36,391 nucleotides of DNA from Jimgerdemannia flammicorona (taxonomy: Eukaryota), in assembly GCA_003990765.1 (NCBI GenBank), contig RBNJ01000221.1, forward strand, positions 1 to 36,391, read 5' to 3'. Position 1 is the first letter of the stretch, and the number at the start of each line of letters is the position of its first letter. The notes under the pieces are model-generated. The model was not told the origin of the DNA and ran no database searches. It saw nothing but the letters and a program-made list of their open reading frames with translations. A program made the translations under genes and the position numbers. This document shows, one piece after another, positions 35,925-36,391 of this stretch.

Positions 35925-36220
35925 GATTATAGGTAAATATTATTATATATAAATATTATTAATATTATTAATATATTAATTATAATTATAATAATAATAA
36001 TAATATAGATGATAATAATAAGAGAGAAGATGATGATGAAAAGGAAGAAGATAGTGAGGAGGAAGATAATGAAAGAGAAGAAGATGAGAATGATGATGAT
36101 GAAGATGAAAGAGAAGAAGAAGATGAGAATGATAATAAAGATGAAGATATAGATGAAGATGAGAATACAGATAAAGATAAAGATAGAGATGAGAATGATG
36201 ATGAGGATGAAGATAAAAAG
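35925..36220. repeat. Low-complexity (TAA)n/(GAT,GAA,GAG)n tract
   Basis: Seen directly; it may be a decayed Asp/Glu-rich coding stretch. Confidence 0.8.
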
Positions 36221-36391
36221 GCTGACAGCAGTTGGGAACCTCATATTTTTGCACTCAAAGTTCACATGAAAAATTTAGAGAATCTATCTCTAAATTATAT
36301 TTTAAAATATCACCATATATCACAATATATGGTATTTAGAAACAATAACAGGAGTGCTTCTCAAGCTAGTCATCTGATTGCAGAAAGTATC

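Noticed and set aside
34866..36265. Long ORFs rich in S/P/I/H/L or I/F
   Set aside because: They are translations of minisatellite and trinucleotide low-complexity DNA, open in many frames.

Overview
Eukaryotic (fungal-type) genomic DNA with short GT-AG introns and many homopolymer runs. The gene content (Sel1, BTB-SPRY, F-box, TPR) is reminiscent of early-diverging fungi such as Mucoromycota; that is an inference only. The left 26 kb holds four well-supported genes: an intronless Sel1-repeat protein, a 10-exon phenol-hydroxylase-type FAD monooxygenase, a 6-exon BBE-like FAD-linked oxidase, and a 2-exon BTB/POZ-SPRY protein. It also holds a 126-aa orphan ORF, pseudogenes (a BTB-SPRY duplicate, one or two F-box genes, a TPR fragment) and a heavily mutated MULE transposon. 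The right 10 kb is AT-rich decayed repeat DNA. It contains a structurally complete but mutated Ngaro-type tyrosine-recombinase retrotransposon (27529-32495) with A1-ORFs-B1-A2-B2 split direct repeats and a SAP-like motif at the Gag N-terminus. It also contains a MITE-like inverted repeat and an ~860-bp foldback palindrome built from minisatellite units. The transposons show almost pure C>T/G>A mutation in CpG and CpA contexts (RIP-like), whereas the neighbouring gene duplicate does not.
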